Below are positions 47,436 to 56,383 of a stretch of 64,000 nt of DNA, in pieces (the stretch's first letter is position 1; each line of letters begins with the position of its first letter). A program made the translations under genes and the position numbers. This DNA is from an uncultured Bacillales bacterium (GTDB taxonomy: Bacteria > Bacillota_I > Bacilli_A > RF39 > UBA660). The DNA lies in the NCBI GenBank assembly GCA_902477075.1, contig CABSFU010000005.1, positions 6,263 through 70,262 of the forward strand, given 5' to 3'. Below the pieces are notes generated by a model that saw only the letters and a program-made list of their open reading frames with translations, ran no database searches and was not told the origin of the DNA.

Positions 47436-49186
47436 TGGAAACATTACATAATGGTAGAGTATATAATAGTTCACCTTATATTAATGTAATTTTTCAATAC
47501 GAATCAAGAAGATCAGGCGCTGATATGCAGTATCGTTTTTATTGGAAAGTTTATTTGGGAAGCAGTGGCGGTTGGTATTACAACAATGTTGCCTTTAACA
47601 TTTACTTAAATGGAGGCCATGTATTTAATTATAATTGTAAATCTTCAAGTAAAGGTTGGGCTTTTGAGGGAACAACTGGTTGGTATACAGTTTCAAATAA
47701 AACAAGTGGCACTACGGCTTGTTACTTTACTTGTAAGGATACTCAAAATACAAGTTGGTGTAACTATACATCAGGAACTTATGGTTTATATGTTGCTCCA
47801 GCATACACATCAATAAATAATTTTACAGTATCTAAAAAAACAGGATTTAATGGACTAACTCAAGTATCAGTTAGTTGGAGTGCAGCACATACCTGTAGCA
47901 CAATTCAATATAGTACAAATAATGGTGGTAATTGGGCAACGGCAAGTAATGATGTTAATTCTGCTAGCGGTAGTTTTACGATAAGTGGTCTCTCACCAGG
48001 AACAGGTTATAACTTTAAGTTAAGAGTAAAGAGGCGAGATAGTGGTCTTACAACTGATAGTGGAACATATTATCAAACCACATATCAAATCAATCAAATA
48101 ACTACAGAAACATCAAATGTCAGTAATGGTTCAGAATTAATTGTAACAGCCGACAATCCAAGTGGAGCAAAATGTAAGATTCGATTAGAATGTGCTGATG
48201 CTACTAGGTATACAAAAGATGGAACTAGTGTGACATTTAGTGTAGATGAAATAGCAAGTTTGATGCAATATTATACTACAAGTCAAAGTTTTACTATAAG
48301 AGTTGTAGCTTGTACTTTAAATGATAATGGCGAAGAAAAATATACTCACTACAAAGATATAAAATACTCGATAATAAATAGCAATCCAGAGTTTAGTGAT
48401 TTTGAATACTACGATGGGAATAATAAAATTATAGCGATAACTGGAGATAAATTGTGTATCGTAAAGAACAAAAGTAAACTCAATGTAACAATTTCTTCAT
48501 CAAATAAAATGCAGACAAAAAACTATGCAACACCAGTTTCATATAGAATTGAAGCATCTGACTTAACGGGTACTGTTGCTTATTCAGAAAATGATGTATC
48601 ACTTGAACTAGGAGTACCTAGTATAAATGGCGCGATAAATATAAATGTATCAGCCATAGATAGTAGAGGAAATATTACAACAAAGACTAAAGTTATTTAT
48701 GTAATAGATTATGAGTCACCAGTTCAATCGGTATCAATACGAAGAATAAATGAATTTGAAAATACTACTCGAATAAATGTGAGTGGTATTTTTTCTTTAA
48801 TAACTTGTGGTACTAAAGATAAAAATACAATTAAAAGTGTTCGTTATAGATATAAAGAATCTTCTTCTTCAACTTGGAAAGAATGGCAATTACTAAAATT
48901 TAGTATTTCTAAAGATAGTTATACTTGTACTCAACAAGCAATTGATTTGGATAACGAAAAGTCCTTCAATTTTGAAATTGAGGTGGTAGACAAATTAGAA
49001 ACAGTGGTTCTTCCATATTTTGTCGCTCAAGGAATACCGATAGAATTTATAAATGCAACTAAAAAGAATGTTGGGATTGGGTGCATAAATGATAATGAAG
49101 AATATTCACTTGCAATGAGAGGAAACATTTATTTAAAAAGTGGAAATGTTGTACTCGATTATGATGTGATAGCGGAGTGGGAATAA
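47435..49186 (+). CDS. Tail fibre / receptor-binding candidate with an FN3-like domain
   Basis: 583 aa. The WSAAHTCSTIQYSTNNGGNWATAS...GLSPGTGYNFKLRV segment is FN3-like. Confidence 0.6.
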   Translation: METLHNGRVYNSSPYINVIFQYESRRSGADMQYRFYWKVYLGSSGGWYYNNVAFNIYLNGGHVFNYNCKSSSKGWAFEGTTGWYTVSNKTSGTTACYFTCKDTQNTSWCNYTSGTYGLYVAPAYTSINNFTVSKKTGFNGLTQVSVSWSAAHTCSTIQYSTNNGGNWATASNDVNSASGSFTISGLSPGTGYNFKLRVKRRDSGLTTDSGTYYQTTYQINQITTETSNVSNGSELIVTADNPSGAKCKIRLECADATRYTKDGTSVTFSVDEIASLMQYYTTSQSFTIRVVACTLNDNGEEKYTHYKDIKYSIINSNPEFSDFEYYDGNNKIIAITGDKLCIVKNKSKLNVTISSSNKMQTKNYATPVSYRIEASDLTGTVAYSENDVSLELGVPSINGAININVSAIDSRGNITTKTKVIYVIDYESPVQSVSIRRINEFENTTRINVSGIFSLITCGTKDKNTIKSVRYRYKESSSSTWKEWQLLKFSISKDSYTCTQQAIDLDNEKSFNFEIEVVDKLETVVLPYFVAQGIPIEFINATKKNVGIGCINDNEEYSLAMRGNIYLKSGNVVLDYDVIAEWE

Positions 49187-49713
49187 TGAAAAAAATAGGA
49201 ATACAGATGAAAGACAAAAATAATAATGAGGTATATCCAAATCCATTTCCAGTTGGAGCAATTTATATGAGTGTAGATAGTAGAAATCCATCTCAAATCT
49301 TTGGAGGAACGTGGACACAAATAAAAGATAAATTTTTACTTTGTGCGGGAGATAGTTATAAACCAGGAACAACAGGTGGCTCTGCTAATCATTTACACTC
49401 AACAGGCAATTGCACTCTTAATGTAAATCAAATTCCAAGTCATAGTCATAGTGCTGGTTTAAATAATGGTGGAGGACATAACCATATCTTTTGGTTTGGT
49501 GGCGGTGCCAATTCTGGAAATGGTGGACAAATACCAGTTGCTAATTCAAGATGGGGTCAAGATTTAGCAGGACAAACAGATGGAAGTCACGATCATGGTG
49601 GTGTTTGGGTTGCTGCAACAGGTGGAAGTCAAGCACATAATCATGGAAACACAGGAAGTTCAAGCAATATGCCACCTTATCTAACCGTATATGTTTGGAG
49701 GCGAGTATCTTGA
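49186..49713 (+). CDS. Tail-collar-domain-like protein, paralogue 1
   Basis: Shared framework: PNPFPVGAIYMS..NP..IFGGTW.QI, then IPSHSH, then C-terminal NMPPYLTVYVWRRVS. The start overlaps the upstream stop (TAATG). Confidence 0.65.
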   Translation: MKKIGIQMKDKNNNEVYPNPFPVGAIYMSVDSRNPSQIFGGTWTQIKDKFLLCAGDSYKPGTTGGSANHLHSTGNCTLNVNQIPSHSHSAGLNNGGGHNHIFWFGGGANSGNGGQIPVANSRWGQDLAGQTDGSHDHGGVWVAATGGSQAHNHGNTGSSSNMPPYLTVYVWRRVS

Positions 49714-50186
49714 AAAATATAGGAATCCAAATGAAAGATAAAGATAATAACAATGTTTTTCCGAACCCATTTCCAGTTGGTTCAGTTTTTATTAGTATTA
49801 ATGATAGAAATCCATCAACTATTTTTGGAGGCAAATGGGAACAAATAAAGGGAAGATTTTTACTTGGAGCTGATGATAATTATAAAGTTAAAGAAACAGG
49901 AGGTTCATTAACTCATAAACACCAAACTAAAAATCATACATTGTCAATAAATGAAATGCCAAGTCATAGTCATCCCTTAAATAAAAATGTTCCATATGGT
50001 ACTCCATATAATGATACTTCTGGTGTTGCAGCAGGAAGTGGTGGCTATGTTTTTTATAATGAAAGTTATAGTCCATTTTCGATAGGCAATACTGGTGGCA
50101 ATCAAGGTCATAATCATGGTCTAACAGAAGAAACATCAAGTATGCCACCATATTTTGTTGTCTATATCTGGTATCGGGTGTCATGA
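49710..50186 (+). CDS. Tail-collar-domain-like protein, paralogue 2
   Basis: TTG start inside a TTGA overlap, with GGAGG 8 nt upstream. Same N- and C-terminal framework (MPSHSH ... MPPYFVVYIWYRVS). Confidence 0.6.
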   Translation: MKNIGIQMKDKDNNNVFPNPFPVGSVFISINDRNPSTIFGGKWEQIKGRFLLGADDNYKVKETGGSLTHKHQTKNHTLSINEMPSHSHPLNKNVPYGTPYNDTSGVAAGSGGYVFYNESYSPFSIGNTGGNQGHNHGLTEETSSMPPYFVVYIWYRVS

Positions 50187-50187
50187 T

Positions 50188-50667
50188 ATGAAAAAAGCGA
50201 TAAAACTAAAAGATAATGAAGGAAATAACATATATCCTTGTCCATATTTTCCTATTGGTAGTATTTACATTTCAGTAAATAATATCAATCCATCAGTTTA
50301 TTTTGGTGGTACTTGGGAAAGGTTTGCTAAAGGACGTACTTTGGTTGGCATTGATGAAAATCAAAATGAATTCAAAGAAACAAAAAAAGAAGGTGGAAGT
50401 AAATATCTACAATCACATAATCATACGATGAATTCTTCTGGGAGTCATATACATAAAACAGACTGTGGCGAAACAATAGCAGTTGGTAGATGGCAATGGC
50501 AGGCTAATTCAAGTACATATGCAGCGAATGATAACCAGAATGGCTACTTGTTAAGAGGTATGGGATATGCAGGAGATCATAGTCACACAATTAATAATTC
50601 AGGAACAGGAAATAGTGGCAATTTACAACCGTATATTACAGTTTATATTTGGGAAAGGATTTCATAA
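50188..50667 (+). CDS. Tail-collar-domain-like protein, paralogue 3
   Basis: Same framework (PIGSIYISV..NP..YFGGTWERF ... LQPYITVYIWERIS). The central region diverges. Confidence 0.6.
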   Translation: MKKAIKLKDNEGNNIYPCPYFPIGSIYISVNNINPSVYFGGTWERFAKGRTLVGIDENQNEFKETKKEGGSKYLQSHNHTMNSSGSHIHKTDCGETIAVGRWQWQANSSTYAANDNQNGYLLRGMGYAGDHSHTINNSGTGNSGNLQPYITVYIWERIS

Positions 50668-51101
50668 TGAAAAAAGCAATAACATTAAAAGATGAGGAAG
50701 GTAATCAAATATATCCGAGTCCTTATTATCCAATAGGATCAATATATATGAGCGTAATGCAAGTAGATCCTGCTAAAATCTTTGGTGGAACTTGGGAACA
50801 AATAGAAGATGTTTTTTTATTAGGCTGTGGTTCCAGATATAAAAATGGAACAATTGGTGGAGAAGCAAGTCACGCCTTAAGTTTGGAAGAAATACCCTCA
50901 CATAGGCATGATAATTTATATGGCGATAATGGTGTTAGAAGAGGAGCCGGTTGGGGAACTGGAACAACACATACAGGTACATTAAATGAGATGACGAATA
51001 ATGATTGGGAAAGTCTTCATACGGGTTATTCTGGAGGCTCAAAATCTCATAATAATATGCCACCTTATTTGGCTGTGTTTATTTGGAAAAGAATTTCATA
51101 G
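50667..51101 (+). CDS. Tail-collar-domain-like protein, paralogue 4
   Basis: Same framework (PIGSIYMSV..DP..IFGGTWEQI, IPSHRH, NMPPYLAVFIWKRIS). TAATG overlap with paralogue 3. Confidence 0.6.
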   Translation: MKKAITLKDEEGNQIYPSPYYPIGSIYMSVMQVDPAKIFGGTWEQIEDVFLLGCGSRYKNGTIGGEASHALSLEEIPSHRHDNLYGDNGVRRGAGWGTGTTHTGTLNEMTNNDWESLHTGYSGGSKSHNNMPPYLAVFIWKRIS

Positions 51102-51109
51102 GAGGAAAC

Positions 51110-51415
51110 ATGATAGAGTTTATTGTTAAATATTGGATAGAGTTATTATTTACTATTCTTACAAGTGGTACTGTTTATGTATTTAGGCAATACCTAGGAC
51201 TTAAAAATGGAATGCAGGCATTACTCCGTAGCGAGATAGTAAGAATATATGATATTCAAATGAAACTAGGGTATTGCCCTAGCTATATGAAAGAAAATAT
51301 AAAAGATATGTATGAGAGTTACCATATGTTAAAAGGTAATGGTCTTGTAACTGCTATGGTAAACAAATTATATGATTTACCAAGCGAAGGAAAGGAAAAA
51401 GATAATGAAAGATAA
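51110..51415 (+). CDS. Lysis-module membrane protein
   Basis: About 101 aa, with an N-terminal TM helix and RBS AGGAGG. It lies directly upstream of the holin gene. Confidence 0.5.
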   Translation: MIEFIVKYWIELLFTILTSGTVYVFRQYLGLKNGMQALLRSEIVRIYDIQMKLGYCPSYMKENIKDMYESYHMLKGNGLVTAMVNKLYDLPSEGKEKDNER

Positions 51416-51599
51416 AACAATTAGTGCAGTAGTTTCACTATTAAAAGTGAAATCAATTATAACGCTACTAACATTTGGGGCGTTTTTTTATTTGTCTATA
51501 ACTGAAAAAATAAGCACAGATAATTTTATGCTTATTCTAGGTATGATAGCTACTTATTTTTTCAATAAAGACAAGAAAGAAAAAGGAGATGGAGAATAA
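51405..51599 (+). CDS. Holin (two TM helices, charged C-terminus)
   Basis: 64 aa: MKDKTISAVVSLLKVKSIITLLTFGAFFYLS...LILGMIATYFFNKDKKEKGDGE. The stop overlaps the endolysin start. Confidence 0.6.
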   Translation: MKDKTISAVVSLLKVKSIITLLTFGAFFYLSITEKISTDNFMLILGMIATYFFNKDKKEKGDGE

Positions 51600-52591
51600 T
51601 GGATAAAGTGTTTGGAATTGATATAAGTAGTTATCAAGCAGGAATGAATCTTGCTAATGCGAAAAATGAGGGCGTAAGATTTGCTATATTAAGAGCAGGT
51701 TTCACTGGATATGGAACTGGAGTATCTAAAAACAAGGATAGTCAGTTCGAAAAGTTTTATAATCAATGTAAGTCATTAGGAATAGGTGTTGGAGCCTATT
51801 GGTATAGTTGTGCTAATTCATATGATAAAGGAAAATCCGAAGCAGAATATATGTATAATAACTGCTTAAAGGAAAAACAATTTGAATATCCGATTTATAT
51901 TGATGTAGAGGATAGCCATTGGCAACGACCATCCGGAAGAAATGCTATAACAGAAGCAATCAAAGGTTTTTGCGAATATTTAGAATCAAAAGGTTATTAT
52001 GTAGGTATCTACGCAAATAGTAATTGGTTTAGCAATTATATAAATCAAGGAGAAGTAGAAAGATATGATAAATGGATAGCTAATTGGGGAACTTCAAAAC
52101 CAGCAACCCCAGCAGGTGGAATGTGGCAATTCGGTGGAGAAACAAATCGCATTAGAACAAATAAGGTTGCAGGTATTACTTGTGATCAGGATTACTCATA
52201 TAAGGATTATCCATCAATTATTAAGAACGCAGGTTTAAATGGATATTCTAAAGGAGAGAAACAACCAACACAGCAACCATCAAGAAAATCAAACGAAGAA
52301 ATAGCTAACGAGGTCATAGCTGGAAATTGGGGAAACGGAGATGATAGAAAGAATAGGCTTACTAATGCAGGATATGATTATAATACAATTCAAGCAATCG
52401 TAAATCAAAAACTTGGTGTATCAAATCAGCCAAGTAATAAAAAATATTACACAATACAAAAAGGAGATACATTGTGGGGCATTGCTAAAAAGTTTTATGG
52501 TAATGGAAGCAGATACCAAGAAATTGCAAAAGCGAATAATATAGCAAATCCAAATGTAATAAGTGTAGGACAAAGAATTATAATTCCATAA
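51599..52591 (+). CDS. Endolysin: GH25 muramidase + CW_7 (Cpl-7) repeat + LysM
   Basis: FGIDISSYQ...IYIDVED (GH25); VIAGNWGNGDDRKNRLTNAGYDYNTIQAIVNQKL (CW_7); YYTIQKGDTLWGIAKKFYGNGSRYQEIAKANNI (LysM). Confidence 0.9.
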   Translation: MDKVFGIDISSYQAGMNLANAKNEGVRFAILRAGFTGYGTGVSKNKDSQFEKFYNQCKSLGIGVGAYWYSCANSYDKGKSEAEYMYNNCLKEKQFEYPIYIDVEDSHWQRPSGRNAITEAIKGFCEYLESKGYYVGIYANSNWFSNYINQGEVERYDKWIANWGTSKPATPAGGMWQFGGETNRIRTNKVAGITCDQDYSYKDYPSIIKNAGLNGYSKGEKQPTQQPSRKSNEEIANEVIAGNWGNGDDRKNRLTNAGYDYNTIQAIVNQKLGVSNQPSNKKYYTIQKGDTLWGIAKKFYGNGSRYQEIAKANNIANPNVISVGQRIIIP

Positions 52592-52598
52592 GAAAAAC

Positions 52599-52630
52599 GG
52601 ATCAACAGCAATGTTGGTCCTCTTTTTTTT
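52599..52630. terminator. Bidirectional terminator between the endolysin and the convergent gene
   Basis: ggatcaac-agcaat-gttggtcc followed by a T-run. Confidence 0.6.
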
Positions 52631-52653
52631 GCAAAAATAAAAGTAGTCCTGTA

Positions 52654-53292
52654 CTAGCGACTACCCAAAAATTTATCTAAAATTGGTTTTATCTTTTCTT
52701 GACTAAGTGGTTTGACAACATATTCATCGAATCCACAAACATCGATAAAGTAATATCTTTCATTGTCACTTATAGTGTGTATAACAACCGGAATGTTAAA
52801 ACCTTCTATATCTCTTAATTTACTTAACATTTCAGGACCTTTAGGACCTTTTTTGTAAATATTATTAGTAAAAATTATGTCACATTTATAACCATGTTTA
52901 ATTTTGTCTATAATATCTTCACTAGAACGAACAATATCAACAGTCATGCCGAAGCTTTTTAATATTTTGCTTGTTGTTTCTGAAGAATAATCGATATAGT
53001 CTCCAATTAAAGCACGTTTACCTTTATAGATAGGGTTAACTTTAATTTTTTTGTTTTTTGTAAAAGTTATTTCTTTAACTTCTTCATCTTTTTTCTCATA
53101 GATTTTTATTTGCTCTTTGCAGCGATCTAATTCTCTTTGAGAAAATTCATATCTTTCAAAAATTGTTTTTAATTCAGTTTCTGTTACTTCAATAGTTAAA
53201 TTTTTACTTTTAATTTTTTGAATTAAGGTAATAATAACTATAATTAATAATAAGATAATTCCACTAAAGATAAACATTAAATTAATATCCAA
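52654..53292 (-). CDS. Membrane-anchored coiled-coil protein with a receiver-like (pseudo-REC) C-terminal domain
   Basis: N-terminal TM helix. The C-terminal alternating beta/alpha pattern keeps the T/S (VVIHTIS) and K (VVKPL) positions. The acidic pocket (GDY) and the phospho-acceptor position (IIFTNN) lack Asp. Confidence 0.55.
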   Translation of the reverse strand: MDINLMFIFSGIILLLIIVIITLIQKIKSKNLTIEVTETELKTIFERYEFSQRELDRCKEQIKIYEKKDEEVKEITFTKNKKIKVNPIYKGKRALIGDYIDYSSETTSKILKSFGMTVDIVRSSEDIIDKIKHGYKCDIIFTNNIYKKGPKGPEMLSKLRDIEGFNIPVVIHTISDNERYYFIDVCGFDEYVVKPLSQEKIKPILDKFLGSR

Positions 53293-53449
53293 ACCAACTG
53301 AACCTCCTTTCCACTCACCATAAAATATAGGTGCTTTCTAACCAGTTTTAGAATAATTCCGGATAAACCGCAAAAAAGTTCAAGGCATATATCCGTTAGA
53401 CATATTTCGGCAAAAACTCCATAATATAATTATGGGAGGTCCAATAGAT

Positions 53450-53731
53450 ATGTCTGAAAATCAAACTTTGAAAGACCACTCAAATTGGACTACAAGACAA
53501 ATACTTGCAATTAATGTGACCTACTTACGACACGAAAAGAAGTGGTCACAAGAAGAATTAGCTGATAGAACAGGTCGAAGTGTTTCTCTAATCAGCGATA
53601 TTGAGAATGCAAATATAGGTGCAACTATCGATGCGATAGATGATATTGGTCTTGCTTTTGGTTGGACAACATCTGAATTAACCAAGGACCATGGTTTTGT
53701 AGTCACAAAGAAACGTGTGGATGGTAAATAA
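53450..53731 (+). CDS. XRE-family HTH regulator (Cro/CI-like)
   Basis: NVTYLRHEKKWSQEELADRTGRSVSLISDIENANIGATIDAIDDIGLAFG. It is divergent from the minus-strand gene. Confidence 0.8.
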   Translation: MSENQTLKDHSNWTTRQILAINVTYLRHEKKWSQEELADRTGRSVSLISDIENANIGATIDAIDDIGLAFGWTTSELTKDHGFVVTKKRVDGK

Positions 53732-53860
53732 GAAAAAATAGAATCTTGTTTACCATTTTTTTTGAAAGCACCGACTATAGTATAACACACTTGCCGAGAG
53801 ATGCGACATATTTATTATTAGAATTAGTATAAAATATTTATAGCAAGAGGCGGTGATTTA

Positions 53861-54181
53861 ATGAATAAAAAAGATTTTTTCGAGCAATTAAAAAGAATCA
53901 ATGCTTATGATCAACAAGATGAATTTGATAATTTATTAGCATCATTAAAACACAATATATGCCAAAATATGAGAATAGCTAGAAAACTTTCTAATATGGA
54001 GCCAGACCAAGCTGCAGAATTGTTAAAACTAGAACCACAATCATTAAGAAGAATAGAGGCAGAAAATGATAGAGATGAGTTTTCTACCAGAGTATTAATA
54101 TTAGCAATAATGATATATGAGCCAGATGCAAACTTCTACTTTAAAAAGTGGCAAGAGAACGAATTATTACTTACTAAATAA
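53861..54181 (+). CDS. HTH-like small protein
   Basis: QNMRIARKLSNMEPDQAAELLKLEPQSLRRIEAEND resembles an XRE-type HTH with an N-terminal extension. Confidence 0.5.
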   Translation: MNKKDFFEQLKRINAYDQQDEFDNLLASLKHNICQNMRIARKLSNMEPDQAAELLKLEPQSLRRIEAENDRDEFSTRVLILAIMIYEPDANFYFKKWQENELLLTK

Positions 54182-54293
54182 AAATGACTTAATAGTCGTT
54201 TTTTTTATTATTGTGTTATAATTAATACAAGAGGCAAGAAGTCTAATAAAAAAGCATATTAAATACTTATAATAATTTAATAAGGAAATAGAT

Positions 54294-54319
54294 AAATAGT
54301 AATTTGAAAGTGAGGTAAT
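54294..54319 (+). repeat. 26-nt cassette leader, copy 2 (AAATAGTAATTTGAAAGTGAGGTAAT)
   Basis: 25 of 26 nt are identical to 23292-23317, directly upstream of the first ORF of array 2. Confidence 0.85.
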
Positions 54320-54327
54320 ATATTATA

Positions 54328-54873
54328 ATGGATTATTTTATAATGGAAATGTGGAGTGGTATATGGACATTAAGAAATACTATTCCTTTGTCAGGATTTA
54401 TATTTTTAGGTGTAATATGTATTGAATTATTAATAAAATTTATTCAAAAGAAAAAAATAAATTTTAAAATATCAAATTTAATATGTCAGTATTTATGGAT
54501 TTTAATAATTCTATGTATATTAAAAATAACTGGTATTTTAACTGGTAATTTTGGTATAACCTCTCCATTTGATAGTTATATCAGTTTTAAATTATTTGAA
54601 GATGGTTTTAACGTTGCAACTATATTGAATATACTTTTATTTATACCGTTTGGATTTTTACCAATATTTATATTTAAAAATATTCATAAACATTGGTGGA
54701 ATGGAATAATACTTGGTGGAATATTTTCTATAAGCATCGAATTTTTACAAACTTTTATTGGGAGATTTGCACAATTAGATGATGTTATTATGAATACTTT
54801 AGGAACACTTATTGGATTTTTACTAGGACTATTTGTTATGAGTTTCTTCAAAAATAAATTGGTAAAAAAATAA
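54328..54873 (+). CDS. VanZ-like family membrane protein, cargo cassette
   Basis: Multi-TM protein. IPFGFL and SIEFLQTFIGRFAQLDDVIMNTLGTLIG match the VanZ-like signature. Confidence 0.72.
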   Translation: MDYFIMEMWSGIWTLRNTIPLSGFIFLGVICIELLIKFIQKKKINFKISNLICQYLWILIILCILKITGILTGNFGITSPFDSYISFKLFEDGFNVATILNILLFIPFGFLPIFIFKNIHKHWWNGIILGGIFSISIEFLQTFIGRFAQLDDVIMNTLGTLIGFLLGLFVMSFFKNKLVKK

Positions 54874-54877
54874 TAAC

Positions 54878-54889
54878 AAATTACAATTT
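54878..54889 (+). repeat. Junction 12-mer AAATTACAATTT (site D)
   Basis: Begins 5 nt after the VanZ-like stop. It extends here to the perfect palindrome TTACAA-T-TTGTAA. Confidence 0.8.
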
Positions 54890-54934
54890 GTAAGTGAATA
54901 ATAAAAGGATAAATTATTAATTGAGGTGCAGTAA

Positions 54935-56320
54935 ATGAAAAAAAGAAAAATTAAAAAAATATGGAAATATTTATTTATATTATTTAGTATTTTGATTATT
55001 AGTATATTATTTATAATACCAACAATAAAAAGGAAAATAGGTATAAAAGAAATTGAAGAAAGCCATTTGATTGTAACAACAGATAATTATGATTTAAAAG
55101 TGGATTATGATGAGACAGGTATAAAAGTATTAGATAAAGATATAAAAAAATATATTGATGAACAAAAAAGTCAATTTATAAAAACTGTAGAGGACTCTAA
55201 AGATGTTATGACATCTAAATATGACTTTATCTTAAATGCACAAAATGTAGAATATAAAGATTTAGTATCTGTAAATATTGTTACATATTCTTATACTGGT
55301 GGAGCTCATTATGTAAGACAGGATAAAACTTATATATATAATAAGAAAGAAAAAAGACAGGTAAGCATAGTTGATATAATTAAAGATAATGAATCTTTTT
55401 CTGAACTATCATTGATTGTAAAACATGAATTATTGAAATATGCTGAAGAAAATGATTTTACCTTTGATAAAGAATGGTTAGAAGAAGGTATGAATCCAAG
55501 TAAAGAAAACTATGAACATTTTTATATAAATACAGATGGACTAACCATAATTTTTCCACCATATCAAATTACTAGTTGGGCAAATGGAGAAATTAAGATT
55601 ACACTTGTATTTAAAGATATAAACCAATTATTAAAAGAGAAATATCAAAATGAAGATATTGAAAAAGATACGCTAAATGAAACTCAACTAGAAAAAAGAG
55701 ATATAGAGAAATATAAAGATAAAAAATTAGTTGCATTTACTTTTGATGATGGACCAAATACAAAAACTACAAAGCGTCTTTTAGATGGTATGGCTCAATA
55801 TGATGCAAAAGCTACTTTCTTTGTATTAGGGAATAGAGTTTCTTATAACCAAGAAATATTAAAAAGAGCATATCAAGAGGGAAATCAGATAGGAACGCAT
55901 ACACAAAATCATAAAAATTTAAAATTGCTTAATGAAAATGATTTTTTAGCAGAAGTAAATGAGAGTAAATTGGAAATTAAAAAAGTCATAGGAGTCGAGC
56001 CTACATTATTAAGACCACCTTATGGAAATATAGATTCACATATGAAAAGTTTAATCTTAATGCATACTATTCTTTGGAATGTAGATACTCTTGACTGGAA
56101 ATTAAAAGATCGAAATTTGATAAAAGAAGAGATTTTAAAAAATGCCAATGATGGTTCAATTATATTACTACATGATATTTATATAGAATCGGTTGAGGGA
56201 GCATTATTAGCAATGGAGGAACTTGAAAAAGAAGGTTATGCTTTTGTAACCATTGAAGAAATGGCAGAATTAAAAGGCATAAAATTAGATTATAATACAT
56301 CTTATTTTAACTTTAAATAA
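54935..56320 (+). CDS. Peptidoglycan/polysaccharide deacetylase (PdaC-like: TM + DUF3298-like domain + NodB domain)
   Basis: AFTFDDGPN, GNQIGTHTQNH, LLRPPYG and ILLHD NodB motifs. The N-terminal anchor and middle domain are arranged as in PdaC. Confidence 0.85.
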   Translation: MKKRKIKKIWKYLFILFSILIISILFIIPTIKRKIGIKEIEESHLIVTTDNYDLKVDYDETGIKVLDKDIKKYIDEQKSQFIKTVEDSKDVMTSKYDFILNAQNVEYKDLVSVNIVTYSYTGGAHYVRQDKTYIYNKKEKRQVSIVDIIKDNESFSELSLIVKHELLKYAEENDFTFDKEWLEEGMNPSKENYEHFYINTDGLTIIFPPYQITSWANGEIKITLVFKDINQLLKEKYQNEDIEKDTLNETQLEKRDIEKYKDKKLVAFTFDDGPNTKTTKRLLDGMAQYDAKATFFVLGNRVSYNQEILKRAYQEGNQIGTHTQNHKNLKLLNENDFLAEVNESKLEIKKVIGVEPTLLRPPYGNIDSHMKSLILMHTILWNVDTLDWKLKDRNLIKEEILKNANDGSIILLHDIYIESVEGALLAMEELEKEGYAFVTIEEMAELKGIKLDYNTSYFNFK

Positions 56321-56339
56321 TAATTTCTTTCTAATAAGC

Positions 56340-56351
56340 AAATTACAATTT
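56340..56351 (+). repeat. Junction 12-mer AAATTACAATTT (site E, end of array 2)
   Basis: Begins 20 nt after the deacetylase stop. Sites C and E share 14 nt (AAATTACAATTTAT). Confidence 0.8.
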
Positions 56352-56357
56352 ATAAAG

Positions 56358-56383
56358 CAGTTTGAAATGAAACTGTTTTTTTT
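56358..56383 (+). terminator. Rho-independent terminator closing cargo array 2
   Basis: cagttt-gaaatg-aaactg followed by T8. Confidence 0.65.

Larger units (their letters stand above)
16286..56383. mobile_element. Siphovirus-type prophage (HK97-like head, HNH/P27 terminase packaging, serine integrase) inserted next to ssrA; exact ends unresolved
   Basis: A contiguous + strand run of integrase, replication, packaging, head, tail and lysis genes between 16992 and 52591. The region is visibly less AT-rich than the flanks. The left limit is taken after the ssrA terminator and the right limit after cargo array 2. I could not identify attL or attR. Confidence 0.85.

Noticed and set aside
47610-47816. 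Alternative-frame ORF 47610..47816(+), and the many antisense ORFs inside phage structural genes (for example 37364..37561, 38358..38600, 42712..42927, 45606..46097, 49541..50184)
   Set aside because: They are fully embedded in longer, module-consistent genes. None has an RBS or a recognisable motif.
49186-51101. Diversity-generating retroelement acting on the four collar paralogues
   Set aside because: There is no reverse transcriptase anywhere in the window. There is also no template/variable repeat pair with adenine-specific differences. The divergence is spread through the centres and includes indels.
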